41,881 nt of DNA from a virus (lineage: Duplodnaviria; Caudoviricetes). Below, piece after piece: positions 34,536 through 41,881 of the stretch. Each line of letters opens with the position of its first letter. Position 1 is the stretch's first letter. Location: positions 1 through 41,881 of the IMG/VR virus record IMGVR_UViG_3300037760_000326; one strand, given 5' to 3'. Made by a program: the position numbers and the translations under genes. A model generated the notes under the pieces. The model had not been told where the DNA came from, made no database searches, and was given only the letters and a program-made list of their open reading frames with translations.

Positions 34536-35081
34536 TCAGTCCTCCTGGATGCCAGCGTGCTCGCGGAGCGCGCCGAGGATGAGGTCGCGAAACGGGTCGC
34601 ACCACGCCTTGACGTGCGCGAACTGGACATCGCCGCCGCCGTGCACCAGGTAGCCCAGGATGCGCGACGGCTTCTCCGGGTCGCACGCGATCGAGGCTCC
34701 GTGCTGCTCGAGGTGAGCGGCGAAGCGCGGCCTGCACTCGCGGAACCACGCATGCCGATCGGCGATGCGCATGCGGCGGCCCTGGTGCTTCGCCCGCAGC
34801 TCCTTGAGCCGGCCCTTGAGCCAGCTGTCGAGCACGTAGTGCTTGTCGCCCGGCTCGTAGGCGCGCACGGCAAACGGCAGCGGCTCGACGAACGCCCCGG
34901 CGGCCGCCGCGTCGACACGCGAGGCCTCCGCGCAGGCCGGGCAGATGAACTTGTCGCCAATCTGGCTCCACTCGCCAGGCGTGTCCTCGCTGGTGCGGCC
35001 GCAGCCGGGCAGGCTGCAGCGCCAGCTTGGCTCTACGTGGAGCGGCTCAGGCGCGTACAGCGTCTCAGGCTCGGCCATCAC
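34536..35081 (-). CDS. Zn-ribbon plus degenerate GNAT-fold protein
   Basis: CSLPGC/CPAC N-terminus and VRAYEPGD..VLDSWL...ILGYLV...FAHVK pattern, lacking the R/QxxGxG/A loop. Confidence 0.5.
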   Translation of the reverse strand: MMAEPETLYAPEPLHVEPSWRCSLPGCGRTSEDTPGEWSQIGDKFICPACAEASRVDAAAAGAFVEPLPFAVRAYEPGDKHYVLDSWLKGRLKELRAKHQGRRMRIADRHAWFRECRPRFAAHLEQHGASIACDPEKPSRILGYLVHGGGDVQFAHVKAWCDPFRDLILGALREHAGIQED

Positions 35082-35527
35082 GACATGGCCTCGCGCTGCT
35101 CTCGCTGCTGGGCGCGCAGCCGCTCGAGCGCGGCCTGGAGCTGCTCGTCGGTGAGCCCGGTGCGCCGCTTGTGGGCGCGGTCGGCGAGCTCGTCGATCGT
35201 CGCGTGTGCCGACACGGCGGCGGCGGCCAGGCGGGCCAGGATGCCACCCTCGCGCCAGCCCATAAGCCCGGCCGCGACGTTGTGCGCGATGCGCTCGATC
35301 GTCGCCGGCACTTCCTCGAGGGCGGCCAGCCTGATCTCGGCCCGGGCCACTGCCAGCTGAGCGGCCCTGGCCGTCTTCTGCTCACCCGCGGCCTTGGCGT
35401 TCTTGCGCTGCGTCTCCGAGTCGTGGAAGGCGCAGAAGTCGCCGCCGCTCTTGAGCCGCCAGCCCGTGCACTGCCCACCGCGCTTCGCCGTCGCGGTGCA
35501 GCGCCTCTCGGCCGGTGGCGGAGCCAT
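35078..35527 (-). CDS. Terminase small subunit candidate (N-terminal C3H zinc motif)
   Basis: RCTATAKRGGQC...FCAFH and LTDEQL C-terminus. First gene of the late operon. Confidence 0.55.
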   Translation of the reverse strand: MAPPPAERRCTATAKRGGQCTGWRLKSGGDFCAFHDSETQRKNAKAAGEQKTARAAQLAVARAEIRLAALEEVPATIERIAHNVAAGLMGWREGGILARLAAAAVSAHATIDELADRAHKRRTGLTDEQLQAALERLRAQQREQREAMS

Positions 35528-35540
35528 CAGAAATTCTGAT
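35526..35540. promoter_or_regulatory. Perfect palindrome ATCAGAA-A-TTCTGAT overlapping the late operon start
   Basis: Read directly. AT-rich island with TTGACG on the minus strand just upstream. Confidence 0.5.
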
Positions 35541-35672
35541 ATCTAATCCTACACCCCATCGTCAAGCTGAATCCTCGACTCCGGAGTGCACTCGAATCAG
35601 TCACTGTCGTCCCCGGCTACAGTCTGTGGCGCTTCAAGTGCTTGATTGTCACCATGAGTCGCATACTTACAA

Positions 35673-35689
35673 CTGGCCTCGCACGTGCA
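35673..35689 (+). promoter_or_regulatory. sigma54-like -24/-12 promoter CTGGCCTCGCACGTGCA
   Basis: GG-N10-GC spacing. Predicted +1 near 35700, ATG at 35702. Confidence 0.4.
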
Positions 35690-35701
35690 TTATCGCGAGG
35701 C

Positions 35702-35968
35702 ATGACCGACGCAAAGCAGACCGCAGCCGACCTCCTCTCCTTCGCCCGTGCCGCCCACGGGGCAGCCAGCCCGGCCGTGCAGGCCTCGTGGCAGGCGGTG
35801 CTCGACCGGCTGGACAGCCTGGCGTTCGGGGTGCGCCAGGCGGTGCGCGCTGGCCGCCCGGTGCCGGCCCTCGACGCGGTGGTGGCCGCGGTGCACGCCA
35901 AGGTGGGCGGGGCCGACACGGCGACGCACGAGCTGGACGCCGTGCTGGCCGTCCTGGAGGCGTCGTGA
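35702..35968 (+). CDS. Ala-rich helical hypothetical protein
   Basis: ATG at 35702, TGATG coupling to the next gene. Confidence 0.65.
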   Translation: MTDAKQTAADLLSFARAAHGAASPAVQASWQAVLDRLDSLAFGVRQAVRAGRPVPALDAVVAAVHAKVGGADTATHELDAVLAVLEAS

Positions 35969-36150
35969 TGCGGGGCGCGGCGATCAGGTACCCGACGAAG
36001 AACAGCCCCACCCGCTACCGCGGCCGCGAGATCTACGCGGTCGGCATCAGCTGGTACGTCATCGGCTGGGACGAGCCTCACGGCGTTTTCCGCCACTTCA
36101 GCAGCAAGCGCGCGGCGATTGACGCGGTCCGTGCCGCGGCGCTGGCCTGA
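35968..36150 (+). CDS. Hypothetical protein (60 aa)
   Basis: GGAGG SD, coupled on both sides. Confidence 0.6.
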   Translation: MRGAAIRYPTKNSPTRYRGREIYAVGISWYVIGWDEPHGVFRHFSSKRAAIDAVRAAALA

Positions 36151-36329
36151 TGCGGGCCCCGCGCCGGGCGGCGGTCTGCGAGGCGACAAGCTGCCGTGCT
36201 CCGGCGGTGGCCGACCTCGAGTGCTGGGTGGACGGCGGGCTCGTGGCGCTCAGGGCCGTGTGCCGGCTGCACGCTGGCGATGACGAGATGCGGCCGGCCG
36301 CCCTGTACCTCGAGCGGCCGCGCCCCTGA
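36150..36329 (+). CDS. 59-aa C-x4-C...C-x2-H zinc-finger-like protein
   Basis: Hand translation. TGATG overlap, ends next to the stop of the convergent gene. Confidence 0.5.
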   Translation: MRAPRRAAVCEATSCRAPAVADLECWVDGGLVALRAVCRLHAGDDEMRPAALYLERPRP

Positions 36330-36330
36330 T

Positions 36331-36693
36331 TCACGCCCCCTGGTCCGATTCCCCGTCCGACCCTGCCTCCGGGGCTCCTTGCCCGCAAATCACGACAGGC
36401 TTTCGTCCGCCTTGAACGCCAGGTGGTCGCCCTGCGTTCAGCCTGTCAGCTCGGGCGGCCCGTTCGGCCCGCTGCTCGTCCGTGAGGTCGAGCTTGAACC
36501 CAACCCCCATGCGGAACGGGTGCAGCGGGCACGCCTGCGATGCGCAGCTGGCCACGTCTCCGGGCGAGCCGCCCATGCAGTCGAGGCAGAAGAGCCTGAT
36601 GGCCTTGGCCGGGCTGCGCCTCGAGCGCTCCGCCAGCCCTGGATGCTTGCGGCGCAGCTGCGCCAATGCGGTCTCTTGCACGCTCACTCGCAT
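36331..36693 (-). CDS. Cys4 phage protein (AIRxxCxxC..C.x4.CPL.xRMG type)
   Basis: AIRLFCLDCMGG...CASQACPLHPFRMG, AGGAG SD. Confidence 0.72.
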   Translation of the reverse strand: MRVSVQETALAQLRRKHPGLAERSRRSPAKAIRLFCLDCMGGSPGDVASCASQACPLHPFRMGVGFKLDLTDEQRAERAARADRLNAGRPPGVQGGRKPVVICGQGAPEAGSDGESDQGA

Positions 36694-36718
36694 TGCTCCT
36701 TCTCCGGCCGGCGGCCGG

Positions 36719-37000
36719 TCACGAAAGCTCCACGCCGATGGCGGCCAGCGCCTGGTCGGCGTCCCGCACCACGCGCACGGGCAGGCGCCCGGCCTCGGCC
36801 AGCAGGAAGAACCGCGCCTGGCCATCGCTGAGCGCGCCGCGGTCGGACTTCACTTCGAGGAGAAAGAACCGGCCGCGATGGCCTACGAGCAAATCTGGGA
36901 GATCCTTGGCGTCAAGCCGCCAGACCATGGCGCCGGCGGCGCGGAGAGCCCGGACAACGGCCGCCTCCGTGCTGTCGCGGCGGACGCGCAGATGCCTCAC
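36719..37000 (-). CDS. VRR-NUC family nuclease / resolvase
   Basis: PDLLVG...LLEVK...LSDGQ motif, GTGA-coupled start. Confidence 0.82.
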   Translation of the reverse strand: MRHLRVRRDSTEAAVVRALRAAGAMVWRLDAKDLPDLLVGHRGRFFLLEVKSDRGALSDGQARFFLLAEAGRLPVRVVRDADQALAAIGVELS

Positions 37001-37212
37001 GGGCGCACGCACCAGCAGTAGAACCCCCGCGCGCGCAGCATGCGGACCACGCGCCCGGCCCATGGCTGCTGCGCGGCCCACGCCTCGGCCTCTTCGCGGT
37101 CGCGCATGGCCGGGCCGATGCGCCGGCGGATGATCTGGAGCCCGGCCGAGTCCTTGTGCGCGTCGTCCACGCGCGAGCGGGCCATGCGCCGGAACTGGTT
37201 GCTCGTCTTCAC
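36997..37212 (-). CDS. Hypothetical protein (71 aa)
   Basis: GTGA-coupled on both sides. Confidence 0.55.
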   Translation of the reverse strand: MKTSNQFRRMARSRVDDAHKDSAGLQIIRRRIGPAMRDREEAEAWAAQQPWAGRVVRMLRARGFYCWCVRP

Positions 37213-38038
37213 GGCTTCCGCCCACGCAGGCTCTTGCCGTTGAGCTCGACGAATCGCCCGGCCTCGCGAATGCGATCGGCGAGGCGCTCTCCGTAGCGCT
37301 CCTTGAACGTCTTCGACGGCAGGTTCGTCGTGATGACCGTGTACAGGCCGGCGGCATAGCGCGCGTTGAAGACGCCATCGAGAGTGGCCAGGAAGCTGCC
37401 CTTCTCGTCCGCGTACTCCATGCCCAGGTCGTCGATGACGAGCAGCGAGCACTCCTCGATGGGCTCGACCTCCTCGGCCTTGTAGCGCGAGAGGCGCGCC
37501 AGCTTGCTCACATCGAGGAACTGCGGTTCCGGGGCGCGCCCCTCCTCTCCACCACCCGGCATCCGCACGCTGATGTCCTGAGCAACCATCCATGCGGCTG
37601 CCGTCGTCTTGCCGCACCCCTTCGGTCCGGACAGGACGAGGATGCGCTGATCGGATGCGAGCAAGGCGCGCACGGCCTGCATGGCCGCCGTGTCCTCGAG
37701 CTCGGCGCGCGCGATCGCGTCGTGGTCCTTGGCGGGGACGCCTCGGCGCCGCATTCGCATGTAGGGAGCGATGCGCGCCCGCTCGCGGTCCCTCTCGGCA
37801 AGAACCGCTGTGCGGCGATTCTCCTCCTCGATCGCCGCCCGCTCTCGTTCGCTTTGCTCGGCGAGGTGCCGCTCATAGCGCGCCCGTTCCATGTCGTCGA
37901 GCCCGCGCCACCACGCCTGGTAGGACTCGTGCGTGTCGAGATAGAACTCATGGAACATGATGTTGAACTCGTAGCCGTCTCCGTCCGCCGTCGGGCGTGG
38001 CCCGAAGATGGTTTCCACGGCCTTCCCGATCGTCTTGC

Positions 38039-38042
<4 letters not shown>
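37209..38042 (-). CDS. DnaC/IstB-like AAA+ helicase loader
   Basis: GPKGCGKT Walker A, LLVIDDLG Walker B, ITTN, RLADRIRE, GKSLR. Confidence 0.9.
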
Positions 38043-38833
<791 letters not shown>

Positions 38834-38955
38834 GGATCAGGCCTCCTGGTCCGAGAGAAAGGCCGGCGCCCGGCCCCATTGCCGAGCGCCGGTGCCGGCG
38901 CGCGTTGTTCCACGTGACGCCGCCGGCTCGAACCCGTGAGCGACTCGCATGCGAA

Positions 38956-39246
38956 TCATTCCGCGGACTCGCGAATGCGTGGTGAACGCCTGTTCTCCTT
39001 GACAGCATGAGCCGTTCTCATCATCCTCGAGGAGTGCCTACGAAGAGGTCCGAGGAACGTGCGCGAGTCGATGCCGCAGGCGAGCGAGATCCGCTCCACG
39101 ATCAGCAGGCTGAGCCCGATGCGTCCGGCCTCCACATGGGCGACCCACGACTGGGTCCGGCCGATCGCATCGGCCAGCTCCGTCTGGGTCAAGCCCTTGC
39201 TCTTGCGCCAGAAACGCACCCTCTGCCCGGTCAGATTTCCATCCAT
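38956..39246 (-). CDS. XRE/Cro-like HTH regulator
   Basis: RKSKGLTQTELADAIGRTQSWVAHVEAG HTH. First gene of the replication operon. Confidence 0.88.
   Translation of the reverse strand: MDGNLTGQRVRFWRKSKGLTQTELADAIGRTQSWVAHVEAGRIGLSLLIVERISLACGIDSRTFLGPLRRHSSRMMRTAHAVKENRRSPRIRESAE
38999..39027 (+). promoter_or_regulatory. Promoter-like TTGACA-17-CATCCT with perfect operator-like ATGAG-CCGTT-CTCAT in the spacer
   Basis: Read directly. Points antisense through cro towards the repressor. Confidence 0.5.
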
Positions 39247-39254
39247 GGAAGCAC

Positions 39255-39283
39255 ACTATGAGCGTCTCCCATACTCTGGTCAA
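39255..39283 (-). promoter_or_regulatory. PR-like promoter TTGACC-17-CATAGT with operator-like ATGAG-CGTCT-CCCAT
   Basis: Immediately upstream of the cro ATG (39246), near-leaderless. Confidence 0.55.
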
Positions 39284-39302
39284 GTTCTATGAGGGGTCAC
39301 CC

Positions 39303-39800
39303 GTGACCAAGCGCCGCCAAGCCGAGGAGGAGGTCGTTTTCACGGGGGCTCCCTACGAGATCCCGGACGACCTGGTGAAGCGCCTCAAGGACAAGATGGC
39401 GAAGGAGCGCGCCACGCAGGGCTCGGTAGCCCGAGAGCTCAAGGCGTACCTGCGCAAGCGCGACGGGGTGACCTACGCCGGCATCGACCAGTCGTCGATC
39501 TCCAACCTCCTCTCGAAGCGATACCCGTCATCCCGGTTCGCCGGCCCCATCGCCGACATGTACGGATGGCCGAGGCCGCCGGTGGCGCGGGTCATCGCCG
39601 ATTCCGACGACGACGGTGTGCACGAAAAAATCGACCTGTTGAAGGAGGCTGCACGAGACAGGTACCAGCTGGTCGTCCTGATGCTGGAGGGCCACCTCCT
39701 CCAGGTCCAGGGCGAGGCAAAGCTCGCCAGGGTGCGGTCCGGTGAGACCGGCGTGAGACCTCTGGATCCCAAGAAGACTCCCGAGGAAAACGACGACTGA
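39303..39800 (+). CDS. Repressor candidate: XRE-type HTH plus short helical C-terminal domain, no S24 peptidase
   Basis: TQGSVAREL...IDQSSISNLL HTH, divergent from cro, GTG start with GAGGGG SD. Confidence 0.72.
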   Translation: MTKRRQAEEEVVFTGAPYEIPDDLVKRLKDKMAKERATQGSVARELKAYLRKRDGVTYAGIDQSSISNLLSKRYPSSRFAGPIADMYGWPRPPVARVIADSDDDGVHEKIDLLKEAARDRYQLVVLMLEGHLLQVQGEAKLARVRSGETGVRPLDPKKTPEENDD

Positions 39801-39834
39801 GCCGGGGACCAACCTCCGAGGGGACGGTGTGGCG

Positions 39835-40002
39835 ATGAGCGACGGTGACCAGGGTGACATGGTGGACGTGCACGAGATGCTCGACAGCCTCAAGCTGCTC
39901 GACCGGACCCGATACGATCAGGTCGTCTGGTGGATCGACGAGTATCTCAAGGAAGTCGAAGTTTTGCCCGAGTCTATGAGGGTCGCTAAAAAATCCTCTT
40001 GA
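39835..40002 (+). CDS. 55-aa paralog of the repressor C-terminal domain (anti- or co-repressor candidate)
   Basis: Hand translation MSDGDQGDMVDVHEMLDSLKLLDRTRYDQVVWWIDEYLKEVEVLPESMRVAKKSS. 14/34 ungapped identity to the repressor C-terminus, GAGGGGA SD. Confidence 0.7.
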   Translation: MSDGDQGDMVDVHEMLDSLKLLDRTRYDQVVWWIDEYLKEVEVLPESMRVAKKSS

Positions 40003-40031
40003 CGGGATGAGCGAATATTAGTATCTCTCAT
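39976..40031 (+). promoter_or_regulatory. PL-like promoter (TTGACG...TATCTC) with operator-like sites ATGAG-N5-CTAAA and ATTAG-N5-CTCAT
   Basis: AT-rich island preceding the early recombination/integration operon. Confidence 0.55.
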
Positions 40032-40033
40032 GC

Positions 40034-40402
40034 GTGACCACGAGAGACCTTGCCGACGCGCTTGACCTAGACCGCCTCGCTGCCCGCCTGCCGTGCGGCA
40101 CGGGGCTGGATGACTGCCGGTGTGACGGGTGCGCTGCTGGAGCGGCGCTCCGCCTTGCCGATGAGCACCTGGCTGCTGGCCGGCTGCTCGACGCCTCACT
40201 GAAGACCGGCCATGCGGCCTACCTGGCCTCCGACCGGGAGGTGGCCCTGGCCGCCGCCAGGCTGGAGAACGCCCTGCGCGCACAGGAGGGCGGGCGCGGC
40301 ACCCCCCCGCCGGCCCGCCCTCCTGCGGCGCCATCGTACGCCTGCATCGGCAACGGCCTGTTCGTCCGCTCGGGCCGCCCGGCGAAGCGAGGGCCCCGAT
40401 GA
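40034..40402 (+). CDS. Hypothetical early protein (Cys cluster)
   Basis: First ORF after the PL-like promoter. Confidence 0.55.
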   Translation: MTTRDLADALDLDRLAARLPCGTGLDDCRCDGCAAGAALRLADEHLAAGRLLDASLKTGHAAYLASDREVALAAARLENALRAQEGGRGTPPPARPPAAPSYACIGNGLFVRSGRPAKRGPR

Positions 40403-40812
40403 TGGCGCACGGCCACCTGGACTTGTTCGGCGCCGAGCCGGGCTGGTCCTCCGTTGAGGACACGCACATCGGCCCGGTCCCCGACATGGACTTCGACGAC
40501 GACGAGCCGACCGGGCTCTACGTGGTGGTCGAGGCTGGCCTGCCCGGCGAGACCATCATCTGCGCCGCGCCGCCGCCGCCGGTCCGCGCGCGGACCCAGG
40601 ACCAGGACGTCGTCTACACGTGCGGCCGGACGTATCGGACCCACAAGCAGATCGCGGCAGACGTCATCCGCCGCAACTGCGAGATGGACGTCATCGCGCC
40701 GCTGCACGACGACGAGCACGGCATCCACCTCGGGCAGTGCACGTGCCCCGGCTGCGGCTCGACCTTCACCTACCCGCTCAGCGGCCACAACCCGCGCCCG
40801 GTGCGCCGATGA
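40399..40812 (+). CDS. Hypothetical early protein with CPGCGST Zn-ribbon
   Basis: Coupled ORF with CGR...CTCPGCGST motifs. Confidence 0.6.
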   Translation: MMAHGHLDLFGAEPGWSSVEDTHIGPVPDMDFDDDEPTGLYVVVEAGLPGETIICAAPPPPVRARTQDQDVVYTCGRTYRTHKQIAADVIRRNCEMDVIAPLHDDEHGIHLGQCTCPGCGSTFTYPLSGHNPRPVRR

Positions 40813-40988
40813 GGACGAGGCAGAAGGCTTTCGCGCACCGCCGCCCGCGCGGCGTGCTCAACGACGATTCACACGGCTACGGGCCGGACCGCTTCATCGA
40901 CGAGGAACTCGACAACCGCGCGGCGTCCCGCGACGAGCGCGACGCCGAGCTCGAGCAGCTGGGGGAGGAGAACGCAGATGGCCAATGA
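40809..40988 (+). CDS. Small acidic hypothetical protein
   Basis: ATGA-coupled start, overlaps the recT start. Confidence 0.5.
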   Translation: MRTRQKAFAHRRPRGVLNDDSHGYGPDRFIDEELDNRAASRDERDAELEQLGEENADGQ

Positions 40989-41769
40989 GAAGACGATGGC
41001 CCTGGTGCCGGTCAACATCTCCGAGGCGGAGCATCTGGCCACGCTGCTCTGCAAGAGCCAGCTGGTGCCGGAGTCGTTCCGTAACCGGCAAGCCGAAACC
41101 TTCATGGCGATCGCGTACGGCCTCGAGATCGGCATCCCTCCGGTGTCGTCCCTGCGCGCGGTGGCCGTGATCAAGGGCAAGCCGACGCTCTACGCCGACG
41201 CGATGGTCGGCCTGGTGCTCGCCAGTGGCAAGGCGAAGTACTTCACGTGCATCGAGAGCGACGGCGTCAAGGCGACGTACGAGACGCTGCGCGTCGGCTC
41301 CCCGTCGCCGGTGCGCAAGACGTTCACCCTCGACGACGCCAGGCAGGCGAAGCTCACGGGGAACGACACGTACACGAAGTATCCGCGAGCGATGCTGGAG
41401 GCGCGCGCGAAGTCGGCGCTGGCCCGCGACTGCTACCCCGACATGCTGCACGGGATCTACTCGGCCGAAGAGGTGTCCGAGTTTCGCGACGAGGCACCCG
41501 TCGTTCCCATCCGCGGCAACAACGGCGCCTGGCCGCCGGGCGTGGCCGAGCAAGCCGAGCAGGTGCTGGACGCCGAGATCGTCGGCGAGGGCGAGGTCGA
41601 GACGCCGCTGCTCGATCGCGTGCGCCATGCGCGCTCGCTCGACGAGCTTGGCAAGCTCACGCCTCAGCTCAAGAAGGCGCCGGCCGAGGACATGCCCGCG
41701 CTGCGCGACGCGTGGCGCGAGGCGCAGAACCGGCTGGCAGGCGTGAAGACGAATGGGGGTGCAGCATGA
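40978..41769 (+). CDS. recT: RecT/Red-beta-like single-strand annealing protein
   Basis: SQLVPESFRN...GLEIGIPP...VIKGKP...YPRAML...RDCYPDMLHGIYSAEE motifs, GGAGGAG SD. Confidence 0.85.
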   Translation: MANEKTMALVPVNISEAEHLATLLCKSQLVPESFRNRQAETFMAIAYGLEIGIPPVSSLRAVAVIKGKPTLYADAMVGLVLASGKAKYFTCIESDGVKATYETLRVGSPSPVRKTFTLDDARQAKLTGNDTYTKYPRAMLEARAKSALARDCYPDMLHGIYSAEEVSEFRDEAPVVPIRGNNGAWPPGVAEQAEQVLDAEIVGEGEVETPLLDRVRHARSLDELGKLTPQLKKAPAEDMPALRDAWREAQNRLAGVKTNGGAA

Positions 41770-41881
41770 ACACGACCATCGACAAGGACAGGCTCGCGCA
41801 ACTCGACAGCATGGTGCTGTCCAGCGGCTCTCACGAATCACTCGAGGAGGGAGCCTGCGCGATGGAACTGGTGAGCTACCT
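41755..41881. repeat. Terminal direct repeat, right copy (circular assembly overlap)
   Basis: Exact copy of bases 1-127. Confidence 0.95.

Noticed and set aside
38837-38950. Possible 37-aa ORF or tRNA T-loop-like GGTTCGAGCC between cro and the initiator
   Set aside because: Weak SD, no motif and no cloverleaf. It cannot be supported from sequence alone.

Overview
The window is an apparently complete, circularly assembled temperate phage genome. Bases 1-127 are repeated exactly at 41755-41881, so the unit length is about 41,754 bp. GC is roughly 70% by eye (not computed). The layout combines lambdoid regulation with a short-tailed (podovirus-like) virion. A divergent Cro-like/repressor switch at ~38.9-40.0 kb drives two directions. 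The rightward early operon runs across the contig junction: RecT-like annealase, PD-(D/E)XK exonuclease, small ORFs, HNH, tyrosine integrase, then an attP core made of the 3' half of tRNA-Leu(CAG). The leftward replication operon holds an initiator, a DnaC/IstB-like loader and a VRR-NUC nuclease. A ~27 kb minus-strand late operon carries TerS candidate, TerL, portal, scaffold, capsid, adaptor, fibres, nozzle, three putative ejection proteins, an FG-GAP propeller protein and a holin/spanin-like cluster. A Gram-negative, high-GC host (possibly Myxococcota) is inferred from lipoboxes, spanin-like genes and a sigma54-like promoter, but is not proven. Most notable observations: (1) a 1397-aa putative injected protein with an internal ParB-like + GNAT + R-STS-ExE ADP-ribosyltransferase cassette; (2) an unannotated 55-aa ORF directly behind the repressor that copies the repressor's C-terminal domain (SinI/SinR-like logic), alongside ATGAG-N5-CTCAT operator-like sites; (3) a second small ORF that copies the exonuclease's last 12 residues with almost purely synonymous divergence; (4) the only endolysin candidate lies just beyond attP, away from the holin; (5) several exported or lipoprotein morons. 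Protein family calls come from motifs and gene order read by eye; no database searches were run.
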